In this document: piece by piece, positions 53,640 through 64,000 of the stretch
How the letters are laid out: each line of letters begins with the position of its first letter
Numbering within the stretch: position 1 is the first letter of the stretch
NCBI GenBank assembly: GCA_012295275.1
Contig: CM022676.1
Coordinates: 14,818,001 to 14,882,000, forward strand
Reading direction: 5' to 3'
Length of the DNA: 64,000 bases
Source of the DNA: Chrysomallon squamiferum
Lineage: Eukaryota; Animalia; Mollusca
Translations under genes and position numbers: made by a program
Notes under the pieces: generated by a model
What the model was told of the DNA's origin: nothing
The model's input: only the letters and a program-made list of their open reading frames with translations
Database searches by the model: none

Positions 53640-54300
53640 TTAAATACTTTGCCTGCATCAGGCACAGAGGACAACAGAAACTCTACTTTCAGGTCAGTGC
53701 ACATAAAGAAGTTCAGCTTTTTATTAACGCCACATGCAAATCATTCATTGATTATAATGATCCAGACTGGGCTTTAGGTAAAGATAATTAAATGTTTATT
53801 CTGAAAATATCCATATCTAAGACTTGAAATACATTTTCTGGGTAGGTGTAAAACAATTATAATTTCCTAGGGATGGATCAAGCTTATAAAATACATACAT
53901 AAGTAACAGAATTCTGACACATTTGTCTTGCTTTCAGGGATTTCTAATACATGTCATAAATTTGACTGCAAGGAAATTGTCGTTACAAACTCCATAGAAA
54001 TAAAAGAAATCAAACATTAACTTCTGAAAAAACTTCAACTTTGGAAAAAAAAAAAAAAAAATGTCCAGCCTTCCTTTTCAGCCTTTGCCTGTCAGAAGTG
54101 TATTTGCCTCAGTTTGTCATACAGCTTCTGTATTTTCCTCAAAGTTATTGCTTGTTTTTGTTTATCTGTTTCACTTCTGCATCCTTTCTCTAGAATTCTT
54201 CTAGTTACTCAGGATATTCATTGAAGTTCACTGTTTTCTTTGTCATTCGTGCATTTTGCCTTTTAACTTCAACTGGATCTGGAGGGTTATCCATATTGCC
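53640..54300 (-). mobile_element. Possible decayed transposase-like ORF
   Basis: After the acceptor tttcttaag it reads MDNPPDPVEVKRQNARM..EYPE*LEEF*RKDAE, and later TSLCAL..LCA*C. Many disruptions. Confidence 0.25.
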
Positions 54301-54831
54301 TTAAGAAAGGAAAGGCAATAAAATGTCTAAATATATATGATTTATCATGTTCAAGGTAATTCAACCCAAATGACTCATGTACATTTTGTATAGAACCACT
54401 ATAGGCCTAGCGGTTTTCTGTAATCATGGTAAATGGACTGAATTTGCAGAATTCAAACTGTGAAACGGATATCATGTTTGGAAATGGGATTTTAATATTC
54501 AGCAAAGTAGAAAAATAATTACCATTTTTCTACTGTCAGAGTCTATGAGACTGATGACTTGTCAATGTTGTCAAACATATGATATCTCATTTACCAATTT
54601 CCACATCCAGTCATGCTTGCACAGTTGTTATATTCCTATGGTCATTCGACACCTTACATATGATGCCAGACTGCCATAGCAGTGATAAAAATAAATGGTA
54701 TAAGTGAATTTCATTTTCTTTACGGCCTATCAGCCCCAATCCCCTTTGAATAAAAGACTATGTAGTTAGTTGTAAAATCATATTTTATTACATTTACCTG
54801 TTTTAATTGTGGTATTTGATCCTGATGCAGT

Positions 54832-55000
54832 CTTTAATTCAATGGACATCATCAGCTTCTTCTCAGCACTGTCCTTTGCACTCACTTTCTTGGGATCCAT
54901 GGCCAGAAAAAAGAAATTTGGCAAAATACTGCACAAAACTCATGCACAACACAACAGAGATACTTTGTGGCAAGGTAACCATGTGAGCTAACCATGTGAA
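54832..55000 (-). mobile_element. Tigger (TIGD1-like) transposase 5' fragment
   Basis: ATG at 54900 gives MDPKKVSAKDSAEKKLMMSIELK, resembling the Tigger N-terminus as I recall it (M.PKKVSAKDSAEKKKRMMSIELK); truncated after that. Confidence 0.6.
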
Positions 55001-56164
55001 GTACATACGTACATACATACATACATTAGGTATGTAAACACATTTTTCAAACCCCACTAATCTGAAAATAAATAAGACAGTTGGGTAGAGCTTGTAAACC
55101 TCTTTAAAATGATACCAAAATCAAGTGAATATGTTGAAAATTAAGGAAGTAGCAGCAATTTTAAACCCCCTAATAAGCACTTTATTTTCGTCCCGTTAAA
55201 CACCATGTAAGTCATTAGAGGTTTCAAGTTTGTGAAAGAAAATAGCTATATTTTAACATTCTTCGTTAATAATCGAGCTTTCTTGATGAAATTTTCAGTG
55301 AAGACCAATGCCAAACTCTGCTATCGATTATATTTGTAAAAATTAAAAATAAATTATTAATTAAGGTACCAGCAACCTAACAAACATAATTGGAAAAAGC
55401 TATTAAAAGTGCAGATTTTGTCCATTTCCTGCCACTCCCAAATCCCTTCTGTAAAATTTAACATGAAAAACAATTACACTCAAATACAGATTAATATGCG
55501 CTCTTTTAAATGGTGATGTTGTTTTTGTTATGTGTTAAATCCGTAGTTTGTATGAGAGTGTTAAACGTGGTGGGGGTAAGCGAACTTTGTGAACATCCCT
55601 AAAGCTAAAGCGGTGTCGCTCTACAAAGCGCTCATCTGAAGGCGGTGTCGCCTTTGCTCAACACCGACTATTTTTAGCAAGGCTATTTTTAGCAACCAGG
55701 AAGGTCAAAGTTCGATATTTCTAACAACATGCATGTCGTCGCTATTAATACCAATGGCGTGTAAATTTATAACAAAAGTTATGTCCACAAATGTATATTG
55801 CTTGCCTAAAAATAAATTAAAAAAAATAAATTTAAAAAAAAATTAAGAAAGAAAGAAAAAAAGAGTAACAAACATATAAAAGAACCTCTGCTATTTAAAA
55901 TGATTGAAGCTATGTTTATATTTTTAGTAACTTTTGGGATGCATAGTTTTCTCCAGTGTTCGGATTTCTAAAGTATATACATTATATGATTAAAATAAAC
56001 TAACTTCGTGTTTTGCTTTAAAAATTCTTGCGATAAATGGCGAATTAAAAATCATAAACATAACAAACTGTACTACAAAACAGTACAATGAATGTATTCT
56101 GTGAATCTAACTACCAGAGGTATTCATAGAATATTAAATACGAAACGTACAACTTTTTCTTTTT

Positions 56165-57314
56165 AATCGTAAAACCATAAACTGACAAATCATAAAGTGT
56201 TCAGTTTTAAAACTTAAAGCTATTTTTGTTTTAAAACTTAGGTTGCTTTGCTCAGAGAAAATGTAACAGTGGTCACATGATACATTGATAGGTACCTTTT
56301 GTTTGCTGTCAAATCACAGGAAGTACAAACACAAAGCCATGAAAATTCTATTTTTGTCTGGCTTCAAATGACACTTATCATACCTGTCTTTAGTGTCATG
56401 ATTACATACACAATGTATTGCTCCTAATTAAGACCGGCAATACCTTTCTGGAGTAGACTCCAATTTATTATACGAGTTTATGTATTGCAGAGGATTATAG
56501 ATAAACATTAATTTGTTTATTTCAGAACGTATTCATATTATAATTATATTCAGTAAAAGTCATAACATATAATAAAACATGCATTATACAAGTTATTAAA
56601 AATATAATCAACACAGATTATAGAAATATAATCATTTAAAATAGCACCAGTTATTTGTCGTTGCACATAAAGTCTTCGGTGACTTGACTAGGTAGGAAAC
56701 AATGCACGGCGATCTCGCTACGCACGTGCTACAATGAATAAGCTAAAAATAGGAACATTGAAGAAAAACATACAATGATACAGCCAACAGGTTATTAAAA
56801 TATAAACAACATGAATTTATCACTATTTTTTTAATCATAAAACCATAAATTGATCAAACTTAGGCTATTTTTGCATCAAGTGCTGATTTGCTCCATCAGA
56901 GAAAACATCAGCGATGGTCACATGATACATTGATAGGTATCTTTTGTTTGCTGTCAAAGCACAGGAAGTACGAACACAAAGCCAAGAAAATTCTTTTGTC
57001 TGCTTCAAATGACAGTTACAATACCTGTGTCTTTAATTGTCATGATTACATACACATTGTATTGCTCCTAATAAAGACCAGCAACACCTTTCTGGAGTCG
57101 ACTCCAAGGATTATACGAGTTTATGTATTGCAGAGGATTATAGTTAACATCAAATGCTAGTAATCGGCAAAACAATATTAATTCGTTTATTTCAGAACGA
57201 ATACATATTATATTTAGTAAAAGTCACAACATCCAATAAAACATGCATCCTACAAGCTATTAAAAATATAATCAACATAGATTATAGAAATATAATCATT
57301 TTCAACAGCACCAG
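56165..57314 (+). repeat. ~480-bp direct duplication (56165-56650 and 56833-57314)
   Basis: Both copies run aatc.taaaaccataaa..tggtcacatgatacattgataggta..acaggaagtac.aacacaaagcca..ttatacgagtttatgtattgcagaggattatag..agattatagaaatataatcattt..agcaccag. Confidence 0.92.
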
Positions 57315-57444
57315 ATCTTTCTAGCACATTTTAAAATTAAAACGCAAGCAGACATGTATACACAATATTTTATTAAAAATGATATTTGAAATATTCGACA
57401 AATTGACCTTTCTAACTGTACATAAAATCTACTAGAATTCAAAA

Positions 57445-58098
57445 TTAAATATTATTTTTCTTTTGCTGTGCTCTCACATCTCGGATTGCAATGTGTGTAG
57501 ACCTTTGAAGCTGTAGCTGTTTTAGTCTCATATTTGTTAAGGAGTTATTTAATAACTTGCATGAAAGGCATTTTTTTGTTTGTCTGGTTTTCATGGGTGG
57601 TTTTGTCAATATTGGAATAGCAGGTTCCTCTGAATCTTCTCCACAGAGTGAACTGCTATCCAATAGATTGTGTGGTTCTGGGGAAGCAGTAACGTATTGT
57701 GGGTTGCAACTCGGACCAGGTTGGGGCTCATCTTGTTTTCGGGGTACATCCTCAAGATTACAGCTTTCCGTCAATAAAAAAATTTCTGAACATAAACACA
57801 TAAATTTGGTAAATTGTACAGCATAAGCCAGATTTCGAAACTTATCGAACTGGTACACAACTTTCTTCACTTCAAGCGAAAGTCTCAACACAGGGGTAGG
57901 AGTTAGTGAAAAATGACTACATAATTCACTAACTGTTGTTGCTCGACTGTTACCACAGCTAGTGTAAATATAAAGCATGCGTCCTTTCAAAAACTCATCT
58001 GTTGCAGGAACTGTGGAATACTTTTCTTGCAGATGCTGTCTGCCTAAGCTCGGTTGGTTACATCTAATTAGGCACTGTCTCTTGTTACTCAAAGGCAT
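57445..58098 (-). CDS. 217-aa uninterrupted ORF of unknown function, probably the truncated N-terminus of a transposon protein
   Basis: An acceptor gtttttttcag at ~58113 is followed by an ATG at 58098 (MPLSNKRQCLIRC..PQPGPS..CLSC..). The frame is open to 57445. The ORF-track start at 58284 is likely intronic. Tandem repeats flank both sides. Confidence 0.5.
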   Translation of the reverse strand: MPLSNKRQCLIRCNQPSLGRQHLQEKYSTVPATDEFLKGRMLYIYTSCGNSRATTVSELCSHFSLTPTPVLRLSLEVKKVVYQFDKFRNLAYAVQFTKFMCLCSEIFLLTESCNLEDVPRKQDEPQPGPSCNPQYVTASPEPHNLLDSSSLCGEDSEEPAIPILTKPPMKTRQTKKCLSCKLLNNSLTNMRLKQLQLQRSTHIAIRDVRAQQKKNNI

Positions 58099-58629
58099 CT
58101 TTTGGTTATTCACTGAAAAAAACAAGAAAAGAGCTGAGAAGACAACTGAAATAAGTTTTAAAAAGTTGAAATTATGAAAGACAATATTACCAAAATGAAA
58201 CATCAACTGTGGGTCAAACCAAACACTGAAAAAAAAAAACACCATTATATGAAAAGAAATGCAAAATTTGAATGACCAATACAAATTAAATCCACACAGA
58301 ATACAATAGCAAGTGCTTATTTGATTTGGTGTTTAGAAATTATAATTGTTTGGTCAATTTTATGATTTTAAAATCCTAAAACATCTTTAGATTTGAGACA
58401 ATTATGGATGAAAATACCAATATATTTTTAGGAACATATTTGTCCATCATTCTTATGTAAGATAATTTAAGAAGAATAAGTATTAAGTCAGCATAATCCA
58501 TTCTCAAACGTAAGTCCTTATACAGGAAGTTTGGTCTGCCATGACACTTTCACTTCAGCAATCTAACGTCGAAATAACCATGCTTGACGAGATAAAGATT
58601 AGAGTTACTAGTTAGCATGCTTGCAGCTG

Positions 58630-59515
58630 CTTGACAAAATTTCAAAGACAATTAGATAAAAAAAACTACTTTTCATTCGTCTCATGTAACCGGTTTTAGT
58701 GACTGTAGCATGTTGAACATTCGTAATTTTGAAGAAAAAGACAGAAACTCAAACTGGCGATATAACGCCAACAAACCATATTTCACGAGGTAAAAATTAC
58801 AATTAAGAGCCTCGAAGCTGCTTCAAAAAATTTCAAAGATAATAAAACTAATTATTATGTCCAGCTTCTTTTCATTCGTGTCACATAACCGGTTTTAGTT
58901 ATTGTAGCATGTTGAAAATTCCGTAAAAGTTTCAAGATGGCGATCGAAAACCGAAATTACACAGACCATATTTCACGAGGCGATCATAACAATTTAAAAA
59001 AACCATAACTTTTGATAAAATTTTAAAGACAGTAAGATAAAAAACTAATTATTATGTCCAGCTACTTTTCGTTCGTGTCCAGTAACCGGTTATTGTAGCA
59101 TGTTGAAAATTCCGTAAAAGTTTCAAGATGGCGACCGAACACCAAAATGACCAACAGACCATTTTTGACGAGGCGATCATAACAGTTGAATGCGTCCAAG
59201 CATTTTAAAGACAATAATATAAAAAACTAATTATTATGTCCAGCTACTTTTCATTCGTGTCACGTAACCGGTTTTAGTTATTGTAGCATGTTGAAAATTC
59301 TGTAAAAGTGTCACGATGGCGATCGAACACCGAAATGACCAAAATACCATATTTCACGAGGCAATCATAACAATTTAAAAAAACCATAACTTTTGATAAA
59401 ATTTTAAAGACAGTAAGATAAAAAACCAAAGTTAATGTCTACTTACCTTTCGTTCGTGTCCAGTAGCTGGTTTTAGTGGTTCAAGCGTGTTGAAAATTCG
59501 TAATTTTCTAAAAGG
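58630..59515. repeat. ~185-195 bp tandem repeat, about 5 units
   Basis: Units contain ttttcattcgtgtc..taaccggttttagttattgtagcatgttgaaaattc..aagatggcga..accatatttcacgagg and start near 58636, 58828, 59018, 59200 and 59397. Confidence 0.92.
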
Positions 59516-59977
59516 CAGCGTAGGCATAGAAAAACTCAACGGAATCAAAATATTCGAAATCGTGAGCATTTATCAATATCCCGTCTGTGTTTATATGCAG
59601 AAATCCCAAGGAAAGAATATAACACGATCCAATGAAAAGCGAACAAACGGTGCCCCCCCCTCATGCAAAACACGATTTCTGTGGAACAGCTAATTGGTAA
59701 GAAACAGCAGCCGCTAATCGCGAGTATCTGCACATACCTAAAATATAAAAGTTATCACAAGATGCAATTAGTGACATGTTCTGACTGAAATATTTAAACA
59801 ACATTAACATATCAATTTGTATTACAAAACAGATTTCTTAATAATACATAATTATATTTCACATAAAAGGATTCCTCTTAGTTCCATAAGTTGGACGTAT
59901 CGGCTTAACTTTATTTGCCAACATCTATTTATAAACACTAATGCCAAAGCGAAGCCAGCGAGCACTTCTACTCGGTT

Positions 59978-60200
59978 ATGTTAAATTATCGGTTGGTTGA
60001 CGGAACAAGTTATCATGGGAGATAACTTTATAAGCAGGTATTTTCTATTGGCTATCCTATTCAATACAAAAATTAATCGGCAAATGTGAAACAAATCTAG
60101 CGAACGTTTAGAACCGTTGTGTTAAAAAATTATCGGTTGGTTAACGAAACAAGTTATCATAGGAGATACTCTATAACCAGGTGATTGCTATTGGTTTTAC
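59978..60200. repeat. Two-copy ~140-bp repeat with a quasi-palindrome
   Basis: aattatcggttggtt.acg.aacaagttatcat.ggagata.ct.tataa.caggt.....ctattgg occurs twice; GTTATCATGGGAGATAAC is self-complementary at its ends. Confidence 0.8.
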
Positions 60201-61549
60201 TTTTCAGTTCCAGAATTAAAGTGTAATAAATAACCAATTACTTATCCGGAATAAAAAACAAGTAAATACTAAATTGTAAAAAAGAGAAGTGGAACGCCTG
60301 CAGATTTTGTACTGCAAAGTCATTGATTTTCTTATTTTTCTCAACTGCTAAACTTTATTTACTGTCCTCATTTCAAGTTGGTTTACTTCAATTTTTATAT
60401 TAATTTTTTTTTGAAAAATCCATGCATATCAGTTTATTTATTATTATTATTTTTATTATTATTATTATTATTATTATTTATCATCTGAATTAGGACAGTC
60501 ATTGCAAATAATTTACCAGTGTTGCAGTATTATAAGAATATAGATTTTCTTTGTTTTGCAGCTGAAAAGGATATGGTTATTCTGGGAGTTCTACAAAGCA
60601 CTGCAATGAACAAAGCAGAGAGAACTTGTATTTCTTTTTCTAATCATTAGAGTATTTTGATTATAAGCAGCAGTTAATTTGTAATTTCTCCTTTATTTTT
60701 AAATAGGACTAATGTACTAAACATTACATTTGAATGTGTATGTGTGTCTGATTATACTTTTTTTTGTTTTTTCTTTTTTTTTTGTTCAATAATATTAGTC
60801 AGAACAAACTCATAGCGTTATTGAAGCATTTCAAACTGAATGGGGTAACTTAGAGAGATATAAAAAAGTCAGGCAGAAGAAAATGTAATTCACACAGTTT
60901 TACATGTGAAGACACAGAAAGGATAGTTCAGTTTTTGCAGCATTTTCCTCAAGCCTATGACTAATTTTGCTTGGGTGAGGCCCAGGATTCAAAGGCAGTG
61001 ATTTGAAAATACTGTCTGCATGTGAGACTAACACTACACTTTGGAGGGAGTATCAAAAGACTGCCATTACACTAGGTAAGAATTCATTTGAATAATGTGT
61101 AATTTTTGTAACAGATTAAGTGATATTTACCAGAATCTCTTCTGAAACATTTATAAAGGAGTAAATATAAGTTTAGTGATATAGTTTTATTTCTTACATT
61201 AATTGATTTTATATTATAGGATGCATTTGTTAGTTATTTTAACTTGTTTTCATATTTATTTTTAAGAAAAAACTGTGTTCTTTAGGATTACTTGTCAGTT
61301 TTATTTCACTGAAACTGATTTTTAATCCTTTTTTAGAACATCGTTTATCAGTCTGTATAAAATACATGTTCCTTTTATTTTCCCAAAACAGATCTGTGCT
61401 GGCAATGCAAACAGTGAAAAGATACAGCAAACTGCCAGTCTTCCAGCAGAAGAGCAAATGACAATGTTTGGAAAGCAATTTGAGTATCTACAGACTGTGG
61501 AAGCCGAAAGATTCTGTTATTTTATGTTATATTTTTGAGTTTATTTAAT

Positions 61550-61651
<102 letters not shown>

Positions 61652-62089
61652 GGTGTGACTATTTTGAATACTTCTTATGTGTAAGTGTTCCCTTTATTTC
61701 GATACAACAAAGACATAGGATTGCTTAACTCGAAGTACGTAGTACACTGGTTGCTGTGTTTATCTTCACATAATCTTTCATAATAGTCTACTGTAGTAAT
61801 GAATCCACAGAAGTTTAGTAAAGTACAGAAAACTTAATTAAGAATGTGTAATTGACACAATTCTCGAGTGTGGTGCTCTCTCTAATACGGGGGAAATTTA
61901 CGCATAACCCCGACCTCGGAAATCGATGTTTGATTTTTCTCTCCACATCTTAACGGTAATGTCTATTATATTTTAGCAATGATCAAAATTCCTTGTAGTT
62001 AAATATGTTCGTTTTACACAACCACTAACTAAAGGCTGACCGCTGTGCATTAATTACTTGCTGATAAAGTTTGTTTTGTATAATGCAGT

Positions 62090-63671
62090 GATGCTTCCGG
62101 GTTCAGTTCGGGAGACGTGTTTTCTCCAGTAATTCATGAAACATGGTTAACGTTAAAACCTAAAAACATTTTGTATACATTTTTGGCGGTGTTCAGCTAT
62201 TACTCGTCATATATTGGCTATATTCCGAATTTTAATTTTAAAATTAATTATTTTTTAAACATAATCCAGATTGATAATTATATATAATGAACAAAACTGG
62301 TCACATGTAAATTGTAATGATGTATTTTTTATATAAATAAACAAATAAACAAGAACAATTTTGATGTTTTGGACGGTGTTTTGGACGGTGTTTGATATAG
62401 TGCTGTTTTAACAGGACTAAAGACCTCAGGTTTACTACTGTTAGATTATTATTATTATTATTATTATTATTATAGCAGATAAACTAATAGTGACAGTGTT
62501 TCTACAGTTCACACTAAGTATGTTGATAAACTTGTAGTGAAAATATTTCTAGTAGTTTAGAGTAAGACAGTTGCTAGTAGTGAAAACTGGCAGTTAGTTA
62601 TTTCATCAGAAGACTGGAAGGAAGAAACAACAATACATCCTTTAAGCTTAGAATCAGATTTATTTACTATTCTACAATGTTGTATACAGGTCTGTGAACA
62701 CTAATATGATGTGATGGATTTTCTATTGTACTGAAAATGATTTTAAGAAACTTAACAAGGTATGTTAATTCTCAGTTATTTCATGCAGCTATTTTTACTT
62801 CTTTTCTCCATTTTTTATTAAAATATAACTAAAATGAATTTAGTTTTAAGGTGTTTTCACTTTACAGAAATATACAGGGACCAAAATATGTAAGTAAACC
62901 CTATCAGTTTTGTATCTATGTATGTGTGTGTGTTTTTATTAGTATGTGTAAAGTGTGACTTACTTTTGTCTTAAAATGTAAATGGAGATGTGTAAATCTT
63001 AACTTAGAGAATTATAATTTGATTTAGATATCTTTGTTGATGTCTCTGAAATGTTATGAACTTGAGCTTAGAAGTAAAACACTTTGCTCTTTGTTCTAAG
63101 TTAATATAACACTATTAACAAAACTACTTGATCACACTCTAGTATTGACTGCTTTCTGATAAGAAGAAAGAAAGACTACTGCAGTTTATGGAATGTGAAA
63201 CAGAAACTCAGATGACAGGTGTTAATCAAGGAGATTGTAAGTGAACAAATAAATATGAAATGCAGTATATAGCTCAGGTAAAACATTTGAAATTGTTTTC
63301 ATTTTATATGTAGTTTTCTATTAAAGAAATGTCATCAGTGGAATCTTATGAACATACACTTTTGTGATTTTTATTTTTGACAACTTGTATTTTTTATTCA
63401 CTCACATGCAGACAGTTGTATAGCAGCAGCAGGCAGCATCGGTGACATCGGCAGTTAATGTGATACAGTGTCCTGATCAGACAACAACTGCATTGCAAGC
63501 AGCCAGTGTCATTCAGTCCCAGCCACTTGTACAGCAACCAGCAGCATCAGTGACATTGTTATTGTAACTGACACACCTGATATGTGATTTCTGAAATAAA
63601 TTAGGATAAAACAGACAAAGTTTGTTTGTGCTGGATAATGTAAACAGCAAACCAGTAGAGTTTAGAAGAAG
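62090..63671 (+). pseudogene. Possible spliced plus-strand gene remnant running off the window
   Basis: ETS-like GCTTCCGG near 62093. Candidate exons: ~62479-62759 (AAG|GTATGT); 62868-62889 (tttacag..|GTAAGT); one ending ~63235 (|GTAAGT); 63412-63671 (catgcag|TVV*QQQAASVTSAVNVIQCPDQTTTALQAASVIQSQPLVQQP..AAG|GTGAGC). Contains stops. Confidence 0.35.
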
Positions 63672-64000
63672 GTGAGCTAAAAAATTAATTTTAATTATAT
63701 AGTTTTATTTTTAATTTATATGACTCTAGTTTAATAATAAAACTTTCTTGTATGTGTAAGGTTTCTATTTAGTGATGAAACTTCTTATTTATTAGATCAG
63801 GTCTGATTTCAGTTTTCTTCACAAAAGTTTATATATAAATACTAAGTTATCGTACTGTTTATAGCTTACTAATAATATCAGAAATCTTTAAAAGAAATGA
63901 CAGTCTTAAAATTAATTTGTTATTTTATCTGTGTAAGATTTTTCCTTTTCTCTGTTTTGTTTTAAAATGTCAAAATTAAAATTTGTCATGAGCAGTCTGA

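Noticed and set aside
60515-60590. Possible signal-peptide exon for the Ig receptor
   Set aside because: No ATG-initiated hydrophobic frame in the required phase 1.

Overview
This is AT-rich, microsatellite-dense, intron-containing animal DNA, probably a lophotrochozoan such as a mollusc (inferred from composition and repeat types). It has a 200-N assembly gap at 36625-36824. Most ORF-track entries are microsatellite artefacts; the real genes appear only after manual splicing. On the minus strand I recognise: (1) a two-coding-exon BTB-BACK-PHR (BTBD1/2/3/6-like) gene whose last motif is frameshifted; (2) decayed thrombospondin type-1 (TSP1) exons, possibly from a membrane receptor; (3) an intron-containing CAMSAP/Patronin pseudogene with CH and CKK exons but no recognisable central region, whose first exon appears replaced by a transposon-like SWIM-type exon behind a GC-box/YY1 promoter; (4) an Ig-Ig-TM receptor pseudogene. 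Interspersed are a long-TIR Sola2-like DNA transposon and a short derivative, decayed Tc1 and Tigger/pogo elements, a LINE remnant, tRNA-derived SINEs, several minisatellites and an unclassified spliced ORF with a tandem-repeat intron. Every recognisable host gene carries at least one disabling lesion. I found no convincing new biological system. The best leads are the TE-exon/CAMSAP chimera, the hairpin/B-box minisatellite and candidate microexons. All family calls are by motif recognition from memory; no database search was run.
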